Below are positions 45,903 to 56,184 of a stretch of 64,000 bases of DNA, one piece after another. The position numbers were made by a program, and so were the translations under genes. How positions within the stretch are numbered: position 1 is the stretch's first letter; every line of letters starts with the position of its first letter. This stretch comes from a virus. Lineage: Duplodnaviria; Caudoviricetes. The notes beneath the pieces were generated by a model. The model ran no database searches, was not told the origin of the DNA, and was given only the letters and a program-made list of their open reading frames with translations. The stretch is from the IMG/VR virus record IMGVR_UViG_3300025601_000007, one strand, 5' to 3'.

Positions 45903-46469
45903 ATGCGACGAGGCAAAAAAGCCCAACCTAAGAGACAGGATAAATTCACACACAGAGTCAACCATCAGATTAAAGTACTAGAGGTACGGTTAACAGGTGA
46001 TAGTGACAAGTTTGTATCAGGAGAAGTGTATAAGACCGAAGAAGCTAAAAACATAGCGGCAAGTCTTGAGCTTGATTTAATAGAGATTTCCCCAAACGCA
46101 AAGCCTCCTGTATGTAGAATTATAGAGCTTGGTAAATTTAAATATGAAATCAAAAAGAAGGCGCGAGAGCAAGAAGCTAAGCAGCGAATAGCAAAAGTTG
46201 AAACAAAAGAGATTCGTTTAGGGCCAACAACTGGTCCAGGTGACTTAGACTTTAAACGCGCTCATGCAATCAGCTTCCTGGAGGATGGAAACATTGTCCG
46301 TCTAAGCATGTTTTTCCGTGGCAGAATGATTGCAAATAAAGAAATTGGCCAAAAGCTAATGCTAGAGTTTGCGTCCTCCCTTGAAAGCTATGGGATACCG
46401 TTAGCGTTACCTAAGTTCGAAGGAAAAAGACTAAAAGTGGATATTAAGCCCAAGCCTAAACAAAAATAA
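45903..46469 (+). CDS. infC: Translation initiation factor IF-3
   Basis: VNHQI..EVRL, LDLIEISPNAKPPVCRI.ELGKFKYE, KEIRL..GDLDFK..AISFLEDG..V.....FRGR. Confidence 0.92.
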   Translation: MRRGKKAQPKRQDKFTHRVNHQIKVLEVRLTGDSDKFVSGEVYKTEEAKNIAASLELDLIEISPNAKPPVCRIIELGKFKYEIKKKAREQEAKQRIAKVETKEIRLGPTTGPGDLDFKRAHAISFLEDGNIVRLSMFFRGRMIANKEIGQKLMLEFASSLESYGIPLALPKFEGKRLKVDIKPKPKQK

Positions 46470-46479
46470 GAAACTGCCG

Positions 46480-46671
46480 ATGAACGAGATGAAACTGAGA
46501 CTTGACGAACTCTTGATGGAGATGTACATCCCAAATGAGCGCAAAGACCTTAATTTCATCTCTAATATTCGCTGGCTTCTTGGAAATCTAGGAATATATA
46601 ACTCTGATTCTGAGGGTTATGATGAAGCTTTAGACCTTCTTAGAACGCTTACTAGAAAAATGCGTAGTTAA
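46480..46671 (+). CDS. Small hypothetical protein
   Basis: 63 aa ORF after infC. Confidence 0.55.
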   Translation: MNEMKLRLDELLMEMYIPNERKDLNFISNIRWLLGNLGIYNSDSEGYDEALDLLRTLTRKMRS

Positions 46672-47606
46672 TATTTTCGTTTTTTAGGACTAACTTTACG
46701 TTCTTTTAGAGCTGTAAAATTTCCTTTGGCTGTCTCAATTGTTGTGAGTTCGAAATATTTGTCGTCTTTCTTTAGCAGCTCAACAAGTGTTCCATCTTTT
46801 TTCTTGAATGTTACTCTTTCAAACACATATTTACTGCGTTCAGTCTTGATGTGCTCAGCAAGTACTGATTTTACAGTTTTTGATGCAATTTCTTCAGCAA
46901 TCTCACGAATAATAGCTTCATTCATGTGATACATATAATTCTGGTGCGCTTTATAGTCCTTACGCACCTCTGGAGTAGATTCTGCAACTGGAGAAACTTC
47001 TGAAGCAAACCCTTGTTTATCGCTAGCGAAATCTCTATATGAGAGAGCATTTGATTTAGCTGGTTGTTGTTGAACAGGCGACTGAGTAAGCGGCTGCTCC
47101 ATCTCAGTTTGTTTTTGTTGCAATCTGTTCTGTAATTGATTGGAAACATTCATTGCGTTCCAATTTGGGCCATAATTGTCAAGATTAGCTCCAATTTCTC
47201 CTCTTGGGCTCATTGAAAGCCTTGCACCACCACCGCTACCGTAGTCTGGGTCAAACATTTTATCGATAGCGCTCAACTCTGAGTCATTACTTCTATCCAC
47301 TCCTGATGAAAAATCAGCAACCGAAACTTTTTTGTCTTCGTCTACTGGGGCTCCGTTGTGGGGTTTTACTGGAATAGGATTGAATCCAGATGGTCCTGTT
47401 TTAGACTTTTTTGAAAACATTTCCTGGTACTTTTGACGAAACTGTCCACTAAGGACATCGCCATATTGTCTTCTAACGGCTGGTGAATGTGCGTTCCCAT
47501 TTACATCCCCCTCAGTAAGACCTCCTCCCACAGGTCCTTTGTACCCCAATGTCTGGAGTCTGTTATATCTTTCGTCTTGTAAGGTTTGATGATTCTGCTG
47601 ATTCAT
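46668..47606 (-). CDS. Hypothetical protein
   Basis: 312 aa; Q/G-rich; IIREIAEEIA..VLAE motif. Confidence 0.7.
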   Translation of the reverse strand: MNQQNHQTLQDERYNRLQTLGYKGPVGGGLTEGDVNGNAHSPAVRRQYGDVLSGQFRQKYQEMFSKKSKTGPSGFNPIPVKPHNGAPVDEDKKVSVADFSSGVDRSNDSELSAIDKMFDPDYGSGGGARLSMSPRGEIGANLDNYGPNWNAMNVSNQLQNRLQQKQTEMEQPLTQSPVQQQPAKSNALSYRDFASDKQGFASEVSPVAESTPEVRKDYKAHQNYMYHMNEAIIREIAEEIASKTVKSVLAEHIKTERSKYVFERVTFKKKDGTLVELLKKDDKYFELTTIETAKGNFTALKERKVSPKKRKY

Positions 47607-47995
47607 TATCTAGGTAGTTCTGGGTTGTTTTCGTCATGGAGGCGAATGTTGCAAATTTTGAAATCATGTAGAAAGAAAAAACGGTGATATACTATTTTAT
47701 CTTCCGTAGATTCTTCTTCGTCAATACTCTCTCCCTTGTAAATAGCTTCAAATAGTGAATATTGGACGTCGCTCATTGTTAGACGACAAGTGAGAGAGCT
47801 GGGTCGAGATATTTCTCTAGATTTCCTGAATTTCACTTTTCCAACAAAATCGTTCATCATTATTTTGAACTCAATGTAACTTTCTTGTTCTACTTGTTGG
47901 TAAGTAACGGAGTCTCCATAGAACTCCTCAAACTTATTAGTGCTTCCATCGAACTCAAGGTCGACTAATGCTTCTATTGGTTGTTTTTTTGCCAT
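47606..47995 (-). CDS. Hypothetical protein
   Basis: 129 aa ORF. Confidence 0.6.
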   Translation of the reverse strand: MAKKQPIEALVDLEFDGSTNKFEEFYGDSVTYQQVEQESYIEFKIMMNDFVGKVKFRKSREISRPSSLTCRLTMSDVQYSLFEAIYKGESIDEEESTEDKIVYHRFFFLHDFKICNIRLHDENNPELPR

Positions 47996-48281
47996 AAGTG
48001 TAAATGATTACTGTGTCTAGTGTTTCACTCCACCAAGCGTAGTATGATTTGCTTCTTTTTGAGCCGCCTCTAAATAGCAAAGAGTCTATAAGAGAATTAA
48101 CGCTGAGGTTTTTAAATTTCTTCTTCAAAGATTTTATTGATTTAGCAATTTCTTTGTCGTTATCCACTTTTATCTCAGAAAGTTCTTTTTTCTGCTCTTT
48201 AAAATCTCTTTTAAGCCACGTGACAATTTCAGTTTTAAACTTGTCTTGGTTTATAAGGATTTGCTTAATGGTATGATTCAC
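47955..48281 (-). CDS. Hypothetical protein
   Basis: 108 aa ORF. Confidence 0.55.
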   Translation of the reverse strand: MNHTIKQILINQDKFKTEIVTWLKRDFKEQKKELSEIKVDNDKEIAKSIKSLKKKFKNLSVNSLIDSLLFRGGSKRSKSYYAWWSETLDTVIIYTYGKKTTNRSISRP

Positions 48282-48317
48282 ACTTAATGATAGTTTTTCA
48301 AGGAACTATTTTAAAGC

Positions 48318-49007
48318 TTAAACAGCTGCTGCTCCACCAGCTCCTCCACCTGCAACCGCTCCAGGCGCTTCTCCAGGAGCAGAGCTTAATCCAGGAACCA
48401 TTCCTGGCTGTTCTTGGCCAGGAAGCATATCATCGGCAAAGTCTTCTGGGGCTTCCTCGTTTCCAGTAAGTTTTTGTCTCCATTCTTTTTGCCATTCGTT
48501 GTAGAAATTGTAAATCTCAGGGAACAATTCTTTGTTTTCCTGGGTCAGCTCAACCCCTTCTGTTTCAATCCTTAGCCCATTGGGAATGGAAAACATCCAT
48601 CGCATATTTCCTTCATTTCCAATTTGAATATATCCAGATGCAGTTACAGCAATCCCTTTTGGGTTTTGCGTGAATGACATGCTTTTTCTGTTCTTGCCCT
48701 GCTCATCGAATGTGACAGTTGTGTTTGGATATTTTGAAAGCGTCTCGGCAAACTTTCTTTCAAATTCATTTATTTCACCAGCATCTATCTGTGGAATTGC
48801 TCCCTCAGCTAGGCCATATATTTTGTTGAACCCCGTGTCTTCATAGCCGCCATTAAACAAGATATTTTCAAATTCTCTGTCGTCCATCTTTGGAGGCAAA
48901 TCAGCTTGAGGCTTATTGGCTGCTGCTGCTTTTTCTTGCTTTAGCTTGGATGCTGCTGCTGACCACACCTCTTTTCTGATTAAATCTTTCAAATCTTCTT
49001 TGTTCAT
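48318..49007 (-). CDS. Hypothetical virion-type protein
   Basis: EDLKDLIRKE N-terminus; G/A/P-rich tail. Confidence 0.72.
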   Translation of the reverse strand: MNKEDLKDLIRKEVWSAAASKLKQEKAAAANKPQADLPPKMDDREFENILFNGGYEDTGFNKIYGLAEGAIPQIDAGEINEFERKFAETLSKYPNTTVTFDEQGKNRKSMSFTQNPKGIAVTASGYIQIGNEGNMRWMFSIPNGLRIETEGVELTQENKELFPEIYNFYNEWQKEWRQKLTGNEEAPEDFADDMLPGQEQPGMVPGLSSAPGEAPGAVAGGGAGGAAAV

Positions 49008-49008
49008 A

Positions 49009-49917
49009 TTAAATCTGGTTTATGAAGAACGCGCTCTTCTCCCATAAATACTTATACTGTAGCACAATCGTCTTGCGAATCATGTCCTTAACTTCTTTCT
49101 TGGACATGTATTCACCTTTTTTTGTTTGTGTTTCAAATTCTTTTTTGACAAACTTTCTAAGCTTGGCCTCTGTCCACGCATCAACTGATTCGTTTAAGCC
49201 GACAGTGCTGTAAGAGCCTTTTTCAAATGGTTGTGGGTCAACGTATCCAACTTCTTTGTTTGACTTGTTTTTTTGAGATTTTCCTGTTGAATTAAAAATA
49301 GATTTTGCTGGCTCAAAGGAAAGAACAAGCTCTTTTAAAAAGTCTTCAATTTCTTTTATGTCAGAAGGCATTAAAGGTCCGTTATATTGTTTTGGAACCT
49401 GTTCTATAAGAATATCCAGAGCCATCTTCAAAGCTGGCTCAAATTGATTCGTTCCTTTATCTGGGTACTCTTCAATCCAAGCAAGATGAACTCTGGTAAT
49501 TACACCTTCTTCGTAAAGCTTGTTTGAAAAGTCTTCCTTTTGTTCAGAGTCCCAATCCTCTGTTTCATTCATACTAAACGCATCAAGAGTTTGCGCGTCG
49601 CCCTGATTGTTAATGGCATACATCTTCTTCCCTGGAGTAGACTTTGCTGCGTCAAACTTTTTCTTACTAGCAGTAATAACGCTAATAAAGGTGGAGATTA
49701 AGCTCTGCATCTCTTCCCTCCTGAGGCCAGATGAAAATTTTAGCTTTAAATCAGGGCCTGACTGAGTAAATAATTCTACAGTAGCTTTATACGTTCGTAC
49801 AAACCACGACTTATCAACACTTAAGTCAACACCAACTTCCTTAGCTATATCCGCAGCAGTTTCATCCCTTGTCAGATATTTAAAAAGTATCTCTACTGGA
49901 TATGTTTTATTTTCCAT
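49009..49917 (-). CDS. Hypothetical virion-type protein
   Basis: 302 aa; LNE..AKLRKFVKKEFE motif. Confidence 0.72.
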   Translation of the reverse strand: MENKTYPVEILFKYLTRDETAADIAKEVGVDLSVDKSWFVRTYKATVELFTQSGPDLKLKFSSGLRREEMQSLISTFISVITASKKKFDAAKSTPGKKMYAINNQGDAQTLDAFSMNETEDWDSEQKEDFSNKLYEEGVITRVHLAWIEEYPDKGTNQFEPALKMALDILIEQVPKQYNGPLMPSDIKEIEDFLKELVLSFEPAKSIFNSTGKSQKNKSNKEVGYVDPQPFEKGSYSTVGLNESVDAWTEAKLRKFVKKEFETQTKKGEYMSKKEVKDMIRKTIVLQYKYLWEKSAFFINQI

Positions 49918-50818
49918 ACTTTGTTGCTAATCGATTAAGCATCTCTAGAATTCTGTGGTCTGGATACAAGTCAAGTTTATCTTTTCTAACTGTGGAGTGT
50001 GACCAAATTCCAGGAAGAGTTTGTCGAATAACTTCGCTATCATAGTCAAACCAAGAATAGTCAAACTCGTATTGGATTTCGATATTATATTTCTCAATTA
50101 AATGCTCACAAAGTTTTTCTGTGGCATTGATTTGCCCATCAGTAAATGATTGGTAATATTGAAAACCTCTAAACCCTCTAGGTAGGCTGTAAACTTCATC
50201 TTTAGGTATTACTTTTGTAGAGTAATCTTTTGGCCAAGCGTAGTATTTTCCATCTTTTAACTTTAAGGGCCCATAATTGCAGATTTCAATTCCAAATGAT
50301 GATTTATCTAACCTGCCCTTAGTGCCTTTTATGCCTAAGTGATAGCTCCAGTAGTCTGGATTGAAGCATTCAAACACATCACCGTCGCCATCTATGACAA
50401 ATGGCGTTGCAACTCTAGGCTCATTAGAATCCCAATAATCTATTACGTTTTTCGCACTTGGCCCTCCAGCTGTAAAATGAAGAAAGATTTGAGTTTTTGA
50501 CGTAGTTTGCTTGATGTATTGCCCCGTAGACAGTCTGTGACTTTTATCTACTGGCATTGGATATTCTTGTTTTGAAGCTTCATTAGTCACTGATGGCTTC
50601 CATGTTCTTTTTCTTGATGCATGTGCTTTTAAAGCGTCTGCAGTTGACTGACCAACTACACCGTCATTCATCAATCCAATTTTCTTTTGAAAAGCTTTTA
50701 CTGAACGTTGCGTTTTTGCACCATAATCGCCATCTATAACCAAGTCGTAACCTAGAACCGACAGCATTTTTTGCACTTCTATTACTTTCTGACCTCTATC
50801 TCCTACCTTTAAAATCAT
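49907..50818 (-). CDS. Endolysin: peptidoglycan-binding domain plus N-acetylmuramoyl-L-alanine amidase (Amidase_2)
   Basis: LKVGDRGQKV.EVQ.ML..LGY...DGDYG..T..SVKAFQ..GL..DGVVG; IFLHFTAG, GIEIC, IWSHSTVRKDKLD. Confidence 0.9.
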   Translation of the reverse strand: MILKVGDRGQKVIEVQKMLSVLGYDLVIDGDYGAKTQRSVKAFQKKIGLMNDGVVGQSTADALKAHASRKRTWKPSVTNEASKQEYPMPVDKSHRLSTGQYIKQTTSKTQIFLHFTAGGPSAKNVIDYWDSNEPRVATPFVIDGDGDVFECFNPDYWSYHLGIKGTKGRLDKSSFGIEICNYGPLKLKDGKYYAWPKDYSTKVIPKDEVYSLPRGFRGFQYYQSFTDGQINATEKLCEHLIEKYNIEIQYEFDYSWFDYDSEVIRQTLPGIWSHSTVRKDKLDLYPDHRILEMLNRLATKYGK

Positions 50819-50904
50819 GCCATTAGTGTTGTTGGTTTATAAATAGCTGGGATATTTATGAATGCGTAGATGTAACATTTCTTTATTTCCTGCGTATATT
50901 GTAA

Positions 50905-51357
50905 GTGATGGTAAGGAAAATAGTCATAACACCCAATCGTGATAATGAAGTCCAAATGGATTTCACAAAAACCTTTAAAGCTAAGTCAGGGATTGAGCTT
51001 TACGAGCACATTATAGTCAGAGAGGAAAATGGGGCTCAATGTGTGTACACTATCATGAATGAGTCGTGCTTTGAAATACTTAAAAAAACTTTATTGGAAT
51101 TCCAAGTAAATGTTCAGCAGGATGTTGACTTCACCGAGAACTTTAAAGAGCTATATAGAAGCGGAAGATTATGTGAATTTGTTTATAGCAATGACACACT
51201 GAGTCCCAGTGATTTCATTTCAGACTTTTATTCCAAGCACATTAAATGCGACGAGGTTCTTGAAAAAATTTACATTGGTGGAATTAACTCTCTTGATAAA
51301 TTTGACCGACAAATACTTACAAACTTCAACACTTCTGAAGCAAAAAAGTCAGCTTGA
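50905..51357 (+). CDS. Hypothetical protein
   Basis: 150 aa ORF followed by a terminator. Confidence 0.65.
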   Translation: MMVRKIVITPNRDNEVQMDFTKTFKAKSGIELYEHIIVREENGAQCVYTIMNESCFEILKKTLLEFQVNVQQDVDFTENFKELYRSGRLCEFVYSNDTLSPSDFISDFYSKHIKCDEVLEKIYIGGINSLDKFDRQILTNFNTSEAKKSA

Positions 51358-51369
51358 AGCTGACTTTTT
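51343..51369 (+). terminator. Intrinsic terminator
   Basis: AAAAAGTCAGC-TTGAA-GCTGACTTTTT. Confidence 0.75.
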
Positions 51370-51386
51370 GTTAAATTTGTTTTTAT

Positions 51387-51742
51387 AAGACGGAGCGTAA
51401 AACCCATTCATCGCGCAGCGTGGATGGGATGAAAGCGACCTTATTCAGCAAATATAACAATTGTTTTTGATAAAGACTTGATGTTTTTGGTTTAAACGCA
51501 TATATTTGTTATAACAAACTTCGATAACCAAGAGTTTGTTGTTCTTTGACGTGGTATAAGGTTGCTCTGCAAAATCTTGCAGTTTGCATAAAACCAAAAA
51601 GTAAAACTGAATTAAAAACATTCACGTCTGGTTGTGGGATGCAGTCGGACGATAATCAAAAACGGGATGAGGCGTTGCTATTAGGTGAGTCTACGACCCC
51701 CGAAGCCCAACCCATCGGCTCTGCCGTGGGTGGGTAGTTCAC
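51387..51742 (+). mobile_element. Non-autonomous IS200/IS605-family element (356 bp, copy 1)
   Basis: Follows TTTAT; left-end hairpin; TnpB C-terminal remnant ESTTPEAQPIGSAVGG*; right end GGTAGTTCAC; identical by eye to 59611..59966. Confidence 0.88.
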
Positions 51743-52302
51743 TATACTCCGAAATCGCCTCCCTGGCCACTTCTCGCTCCAGATACAAAATCTTTAAAGC
51801 TAGCCCCACCTTTGGCGGCTTGCCTATTAAATGTGTTAAAGTCCATTGGTTGAGCTAATTGTTGCAGGTCTTTGTAAAAAATTGCAACATCAGTAATGCC
51901 ATGTCTTTTAGCGATTTCAGCAGAATCTTGACGAAGCGTTTGTAGCAAGCCTTTCGAAATCTCAACATAATCTGCTGTGCGAGCCTTATAGGCTTGAGTT
52001 AATTGAGCGAGTTCTTGAGATTTTATTTGCTTGTATTCTTTTTTTGCTTTTTCATACTTGCCCATTCCGAAAATTTCTTCGATATCTTGCTCTTGAGTTA
52101 TACCAAGCGTGGCAGCAGTGTGTTCGTCAAGGTTTTGTCCTTTATAAACATCTCGCATTTCCTGCTCTACCTTTGCAAGCTTGTTTTCAAGAAGCTTTAC
52201 TTTGCTGTCAGCAGCACTTTCTTGAATCTTATTAAATTTAAGCTTCATCGCTTCCTCTTTAATAAGAGCATTGAGTTTTTCTTTAGAAATTTTAAGTTTC
52301 AT
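51742..52302 (-). CDS. Hypothetical virion-type protein
   Basis: MKLKISKEKLNALIKEE; LDE/IEE motifs; CTATTTAT at 52337-44. Confidence 0.72.
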   Translation of the reverse strand: MKLKISKEKLNALIKEEAMKLKFNKIQESAADSKVKLLENKLAKVEQEMRDVYKGQNLDEHTAATLGITQEQDIEEIFGMGKYEKAKKEYKQIKSQELAQLTQAYKARTADYVEISKGLLQTLRQDSAEIAKRHGITDVAIFYKDLQQLAQPMDFNTFNRQAAKGGASFKDFVSGARSGQGGDFGV

Positions 52303-52358
52303 CGTTGTGTTCCGTTTGGTTGTGTAAGCTGTGCAAATAAATAGAAGTAAAAACCCAA

Positions 52359-55300
52359 TTAATCCGCCATTCTATTCATTAGTCTTGAAATTATGCTCTC
52401 ATCTCCTCGTGAGACATCTCGCTTAAAATCTTTGTTGTCCAAAACTTTACTCACAACCTGGTTTTTCTCTTTAAGTAACTCATAGATGTCGATGTCAATT
52501 GAGTCTTCACAAAGAAAAGTCATAATCTGGACGTTATCGTGTGTCGTCGTTGCTCTGTGAATCCTGTCTTCGGCCTGACCCATGTCTGCAGGTGTCCATG
52601 CTTGCCCAATAAAAATTAGTTTATTAGCGGATGTCAACGTGATACCAACACCTGCAGAGCCAAACGTCCCGCCGAACACATTTATGTTTTTCTTTTCTTG
52701 AAAACTGGTGACAGACTCATGCTTTTGGATAGCATTCATTTGCCCTGTGTGCAAAACACATCTATCACCCCACAGTTCTTTTATAGCATTTCCCGTGTCG
52801 ATGTAATCAAAGAATATTACAACTTTGTCTCCAGACTCAATGATGTCGTCAATAAAATCCCTCGCCTTTTCAAGTTTGAATGTCTCCGTGCATTTTTTTA
52901 GTAAGTGAACTTTCGCAAGGAAGCTCATTTCTTTTTCATCTTCTTTTCCTTCCTCGTTAATGAATTTGATTACCTCTTTCTCGGCTTTGTTGTATTCTCG
53001 CTTGGTTTTTATGTCCATTTCCAACACAACTTCGCTATATGTTTTAGGTGGCAGTTGGGACAAAACATCTTTTTTGAGTCGCCTTAGATAAAACGGAGAT
53101 ATTCTTTGGTATAGCTCTTCTAAATATGATGCCCCATCGTACTTCCACCCAAAACTATCTTCGAACCCAGCTCCATAACGCACGCCGAAGTCATGGAAAG
53201 AGTTCCACATGTCCTTATCGAGCAAATTGAGAGGCATAAACAGTTCTATCGGCCTAGATTTGATGGCGGTACCAGAAAGGAGCACTTTCTTGCTTACAGA
53301 CTCTCTAAATGCCATGTTTATTATTTTTGTCCAATCTGTAGTTCTTTCTTTTATCCTATGAAACTCATCAATGATAATCAAATCATAATCGTCAGGGTCC
53401 AGAACTTCCCCATCTTTATCAATGATGTATTGGAGACCTTTTATTCTGCTTTTGAAAGAGTTAGTGTTTGCACACTGAGGGCAGTCGTCTGTAATCTTTT
53501 TCTTGAGGCTGGTGATTTTGCAGTCGCAGTTTCTATTTCCTCCGCTTGAGAAAAGAGTTCCTGTGCACCTGTGGTTGTATTCCAGTTTGATAAACGTTTG
53601 GATTGATTCAAAGTTTATTATATGGAATAGAGACTCCTCTTTAGTGTTGTTTGTCTTCCCGCTTCTTTTGGTTGGGTTGTATTTATATACAAACGATTTC
53701 TCGTGAGAGAACTTCTCAATCTCCGACTTCCAGTTGAGCTTTAGCGATGCAGGGCATATAACAAGAGTTTTTAAGTTATGCTTGATTGCGTATGCGAATG
53801 CTGGAGCTGTATTGTGAGTTACTATGTAATCGTTCACAACAAATGTGCTATCATCAGAATCAACACTTATACATTGTTGAGGGAGCACTCCAATATACTC
53901 AATACTCTCTATATATCTAGACGTGTGATTGGTTGCTACTATTTTGTGTTCTTTTATTTTATCGTCAAGATGAAATGGTGCCCAGTTGAGTTTCACATTT
54001 ACTCGGTACTCAACCCCTTTTTGTTCATGTGTCCTGTCATAAGAAAACACTTTTGCTATGCCTCCCAATGACTGTGTTAATTCTTTTACATCTTCCGCCA
54101 GTTGTTTTGATACTGTGTGATAGTGAGTTCTACTGTTAGAACAACTCCCATCAGTGTCCATAAGCCCTTTTAATAGCTCTGTTCGCTGCTCAGTGGAGCC
54201 GTTTCTGTACTCTTGTGGAATAAATTTGTAATGGGATTTCACATTTAATTTCAAGCGTCTTATCTCGTCGGTGTATCTGTTTTTTTGTCCTAAAGTATCT
54301 GATATTGAGTATCTACTGCAAGAGTGTTGAGTGGACTCAGATTTTTTTATTTTAGCCATCTTCATCCCAGGTAATAAATTCGACTCAATTAAACTGGCTG
54401 TTGATTCTTGGAAATCAGGTATAGACATCGTAGGGGTGGGCGATGAAATAGCTCCATCTCCGATTAAAGAGCCTAAAATAAAAGGATGAATCACATATTT
54501 CTTCTCAGGGAAATTCGCTGGCTGGATAGTCGGGATTTCCCATTTCAAAACAGGCTTTCTACCGCTGTCAATTCTTTTTTTATTTGTCTTATACGATAGT
54601 CCAGATTTTATTAACTCAGCAATAGACTTAACTGTCCACCCTATGCCTTTTTGTCTTCTGTTAGCATCTCTTACTGTCCATAAATGCTCTTCGCAACATT
54701 TTACTTTTGAGCCGTCGTTAAAGGTGACTTCGTATGCATCAAGAAGCCCTTGAGGATATACTCCAGTGACTTTGTGAAATTCGCCATCAGAACCTAACAC
54801 ACTTGAGTCGAGTGATATATCACCCATTCGTATCCATCCTTTATCGGTGCAAATAGGGGTTTCTAAAAACAAACTCTTACCAACACCAGGTTCATCGCCA
54901 AGCATAATTACGCCTTCGTTGATTTCCATGAATTTAACTGCCTGCTTTTGGTAGTCATACGGCTCTATCTTCATAAAACTGTAATCTTCATCGTCAACTT
55001 GTATGCTGTCTGCCTTTGCTTTTAAGGCTTCTCGGATTCTGTTTTGGCGTTCCAAATAAAGCTGTCGAAGTTGCCCCATTTCTGCTTTAGTGAAATTGTC
55101 TAAAGCAAATGGATAACTATTGTCCAGGAGGAATGAGATGACATTTCCCATCTGGACCTCTCTAACTTGAGTGACCCACTGAGCTTTTACGGTTCCATCT
55201 AATTGCAGCACTTCCTCTTTGAACAGCTTCTTGTGCTCGCGAGGGAATGATTTGATATAAGATTGAAGTCGTTTGTCGAATTCGAAAGTCAGGTTGTAAT

Positions 55301-55376
55301 TAGTCCTGAGCTTTTTTATATTCACCGTCGGCCTGTAGCTGGCTTTCTTTTTTGGCTTTCCTTTTTCTTTGCTCAT
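52359..55376 (-). CDS. SNF2/HARP-like helicase with intein
   Basis: PYDYQ, GDEPGVGK|T, IINFE, IIDEFH, LSGTA, RRLK.DVL, AGVGITLT, QAEDRIHR. Confidence 0.92.
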   Translation of the reverse strand: MSKEKGKPKKKASYRPTVNIKKLRTNYNLTFEFDKRLQSYIKSFPREHKKLFKEEVLQLDGTVKAQWVTQVREVQMGNVISFLLDNSYPFALDNFTKAEMGQLRQLYLERQNRIREALKAKADSIQVDDEDYSFMKIEPYDYQKQAVKFMEINEGVIMLGDEPGVGKSLFLETPICTDKGWIRMGDISLDSSVLGSDGEFHKVTGVYPQGLLDAYEVTFNDGSKVKCCEEHLWTVRDANRRQKGIGWTVKSIAELIKSGLSYKTNKKRIDSGRKPVLKWEIPTIQPANFPEKKYVIHPFILGSLIGDGAISSPTPTMSIPDFQESTASLIESNLLPGMKMAKIKKSESTQHSCSRYSISDTLGQKNRYTDEIRRLKLNVKSHYKFIPQEYRNGSTEQRTELLKGLMDTDGSCSNSRTHYHTVSKQLAEDVKELTQSLGGIAKVFSYDRTHEQKGVEYRVNVKLNWAPFHLDDKIKEHKIVATNHTSRYIESIEYIGVLPQQCISVDSDDSTFVVNDYIVTHNTAPAFAYAIKHNLKTLVICPASLKLNWKSEIEKFSHEKSFVYKYNPTKRSGKTNNTKEESLFHIINFESIQTFIKLEYNHRCTGTLFSSGGNRNCDCKITSLKKKITDDCPQCANTNSFKSRIKGLQYIIDKDGEVLDPDDYDLIIIDEFHRIKERTTDWTKIINMAFRESVSKKVLLSGTAIKSRPIELFMPLNLLDKDMWNSFHDFGVRYGAGFEDSFGWKYDGASYLEELYQRISPFYLRRLKKDVLSQLPPKTYSEVVLEMDIKTKREYNKAEKEVIKFINEEGKEDEKEMSFLAKVHLLKKCTETFKLEKARDFIDDIIESGDKVVIFFDYIDTGNAIKELWGDRCVLHTGQMNAIQKHESVTSFQEKKNINVFGGTFGSAGVGITLTSANKLIFIGQAWTPADMGQAEDRIHRATTTHDNVQIMTFLCEDSIDIDIYELLKEKNQVVSKVLDNKDFKRDVSRGDESIISRLMNRMAD
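53811..54875 (-). mobile_element. Intein (355 aa) with LAGLIDADG homing endonuclease, inserted in Walker A
   Basis: GK|SLFLETPI...TFVVNDYIVTHN|T; LGSLIGDG and LKGLMDTDG motifs. Confidence 0.92.
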
Positions 55377-55773
55377 TTAACTCCTTTTGCTTTATCATGG
55401 CGTCTTTCAATCTGCCTACTCTCTCAGTAGGGTTAGAATTAGCTTTTTTTAAATTGTCGATTCTAGCTTTATATCGCTTATCGGCATTGTCCATTCGTTC
55501 TTTTTCTTTCTCTAACTTTTTTTCCAAACAGCTTGGGACAGACTCTTTACCTCTAAGTTCTAAACTCATTTTTTGACGCATAAAGTCAGCCAGAAACTTT
55601 AATTCCATTGACTGCTTACGCAAGTGCTTCTTAGAAGCCTTTTTTCCTAAAAGGCCTTTTTCCGCATGAGCTTCCATAGACATGAGGGTTTCAAGGAGTT
55701 CATAAAAGATGTCTAGCTCACTGAACTCCTTCATCCTCTCCAGCTCCGCTAGAGTCCAGGTCGGTTCTTTCAT
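55300..55773 (-). CDS. Hypothetical coiled-coil protein
   Basis: 157 aa ORF. Confidence 0.6.
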   Translation of the reverse strand: MKEPTWTLAELERMKEFSELDIFYELLETLMSMEAHAEKGLLGKKASKKHLRKQSMELKFLADFMRQKMSLELRGKESVPSCLEKKLEKEKERMDNADKRYKARIDNLKKANSNPTERVGRLKDAMIKQKELNEQRKRKAKKESQLQADGEYKKAQD

Positions 55774-56149
55774 ACAGTTTTGATATTGATTGTAAGTCGT
55801 CGCCAGTTAATTCTCTAATAGCTGCTTGTTGTTCGTGATGACGCTCACGGATTACATCAGACACAGTCTTCCCGTCTTTGGAGGCCTGGAAAAGGTCTAC
55901 TGCGAAACGGTCGTCTGTATATAGGTCTTTGTCGATTCGATAGAACACTTTAGCTGTCATGGTCGGCAGCTTGGCCCCTTCTTTCTCCTCTAGTTTAGTA
56001 TAGCAAAAGCCAACCAAGTCCTCCTCGTTCTTGAGTTGGGTTAAGGGCTGGCTTATTGGTGTTAGTACACGAGCGGTTGAATCTCCGTCTATCGCTTGCA
56101 GCTCTTTACGGATGTATTTCTCTATGTCTTTTGAATTATAATATGGCAT
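55718..56149 (-). CDS. Hypothetical protein
   Basis: 143 aa ORF. Confidence 0.65.
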   Translation of the reverse strand: MPYYNSKDIEKYIRKELQAIDGDSTARVLTPISQPLTQLKNEEDLVGFCYTKLEEKEGAKLPTMTAKVFYRIDKDLYTDDRFAVDLFQASKDGKTVSDVIRERHHEQQAAIRELTGDDLQSISKLYERTDLDSSGAGEDEGVQ

Positions 56150-56184
56150 AGAGAATAATGAACAATTATTCTCGAAAAATCAAA

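Noticed and set aside
51546-51737. 63-aa ORF (also 59770..59961) as a functional gene
   Set aside because: It is the tnpB C-terminal remnant inside the mini-element, with a TTG start and no RuvC motifs.
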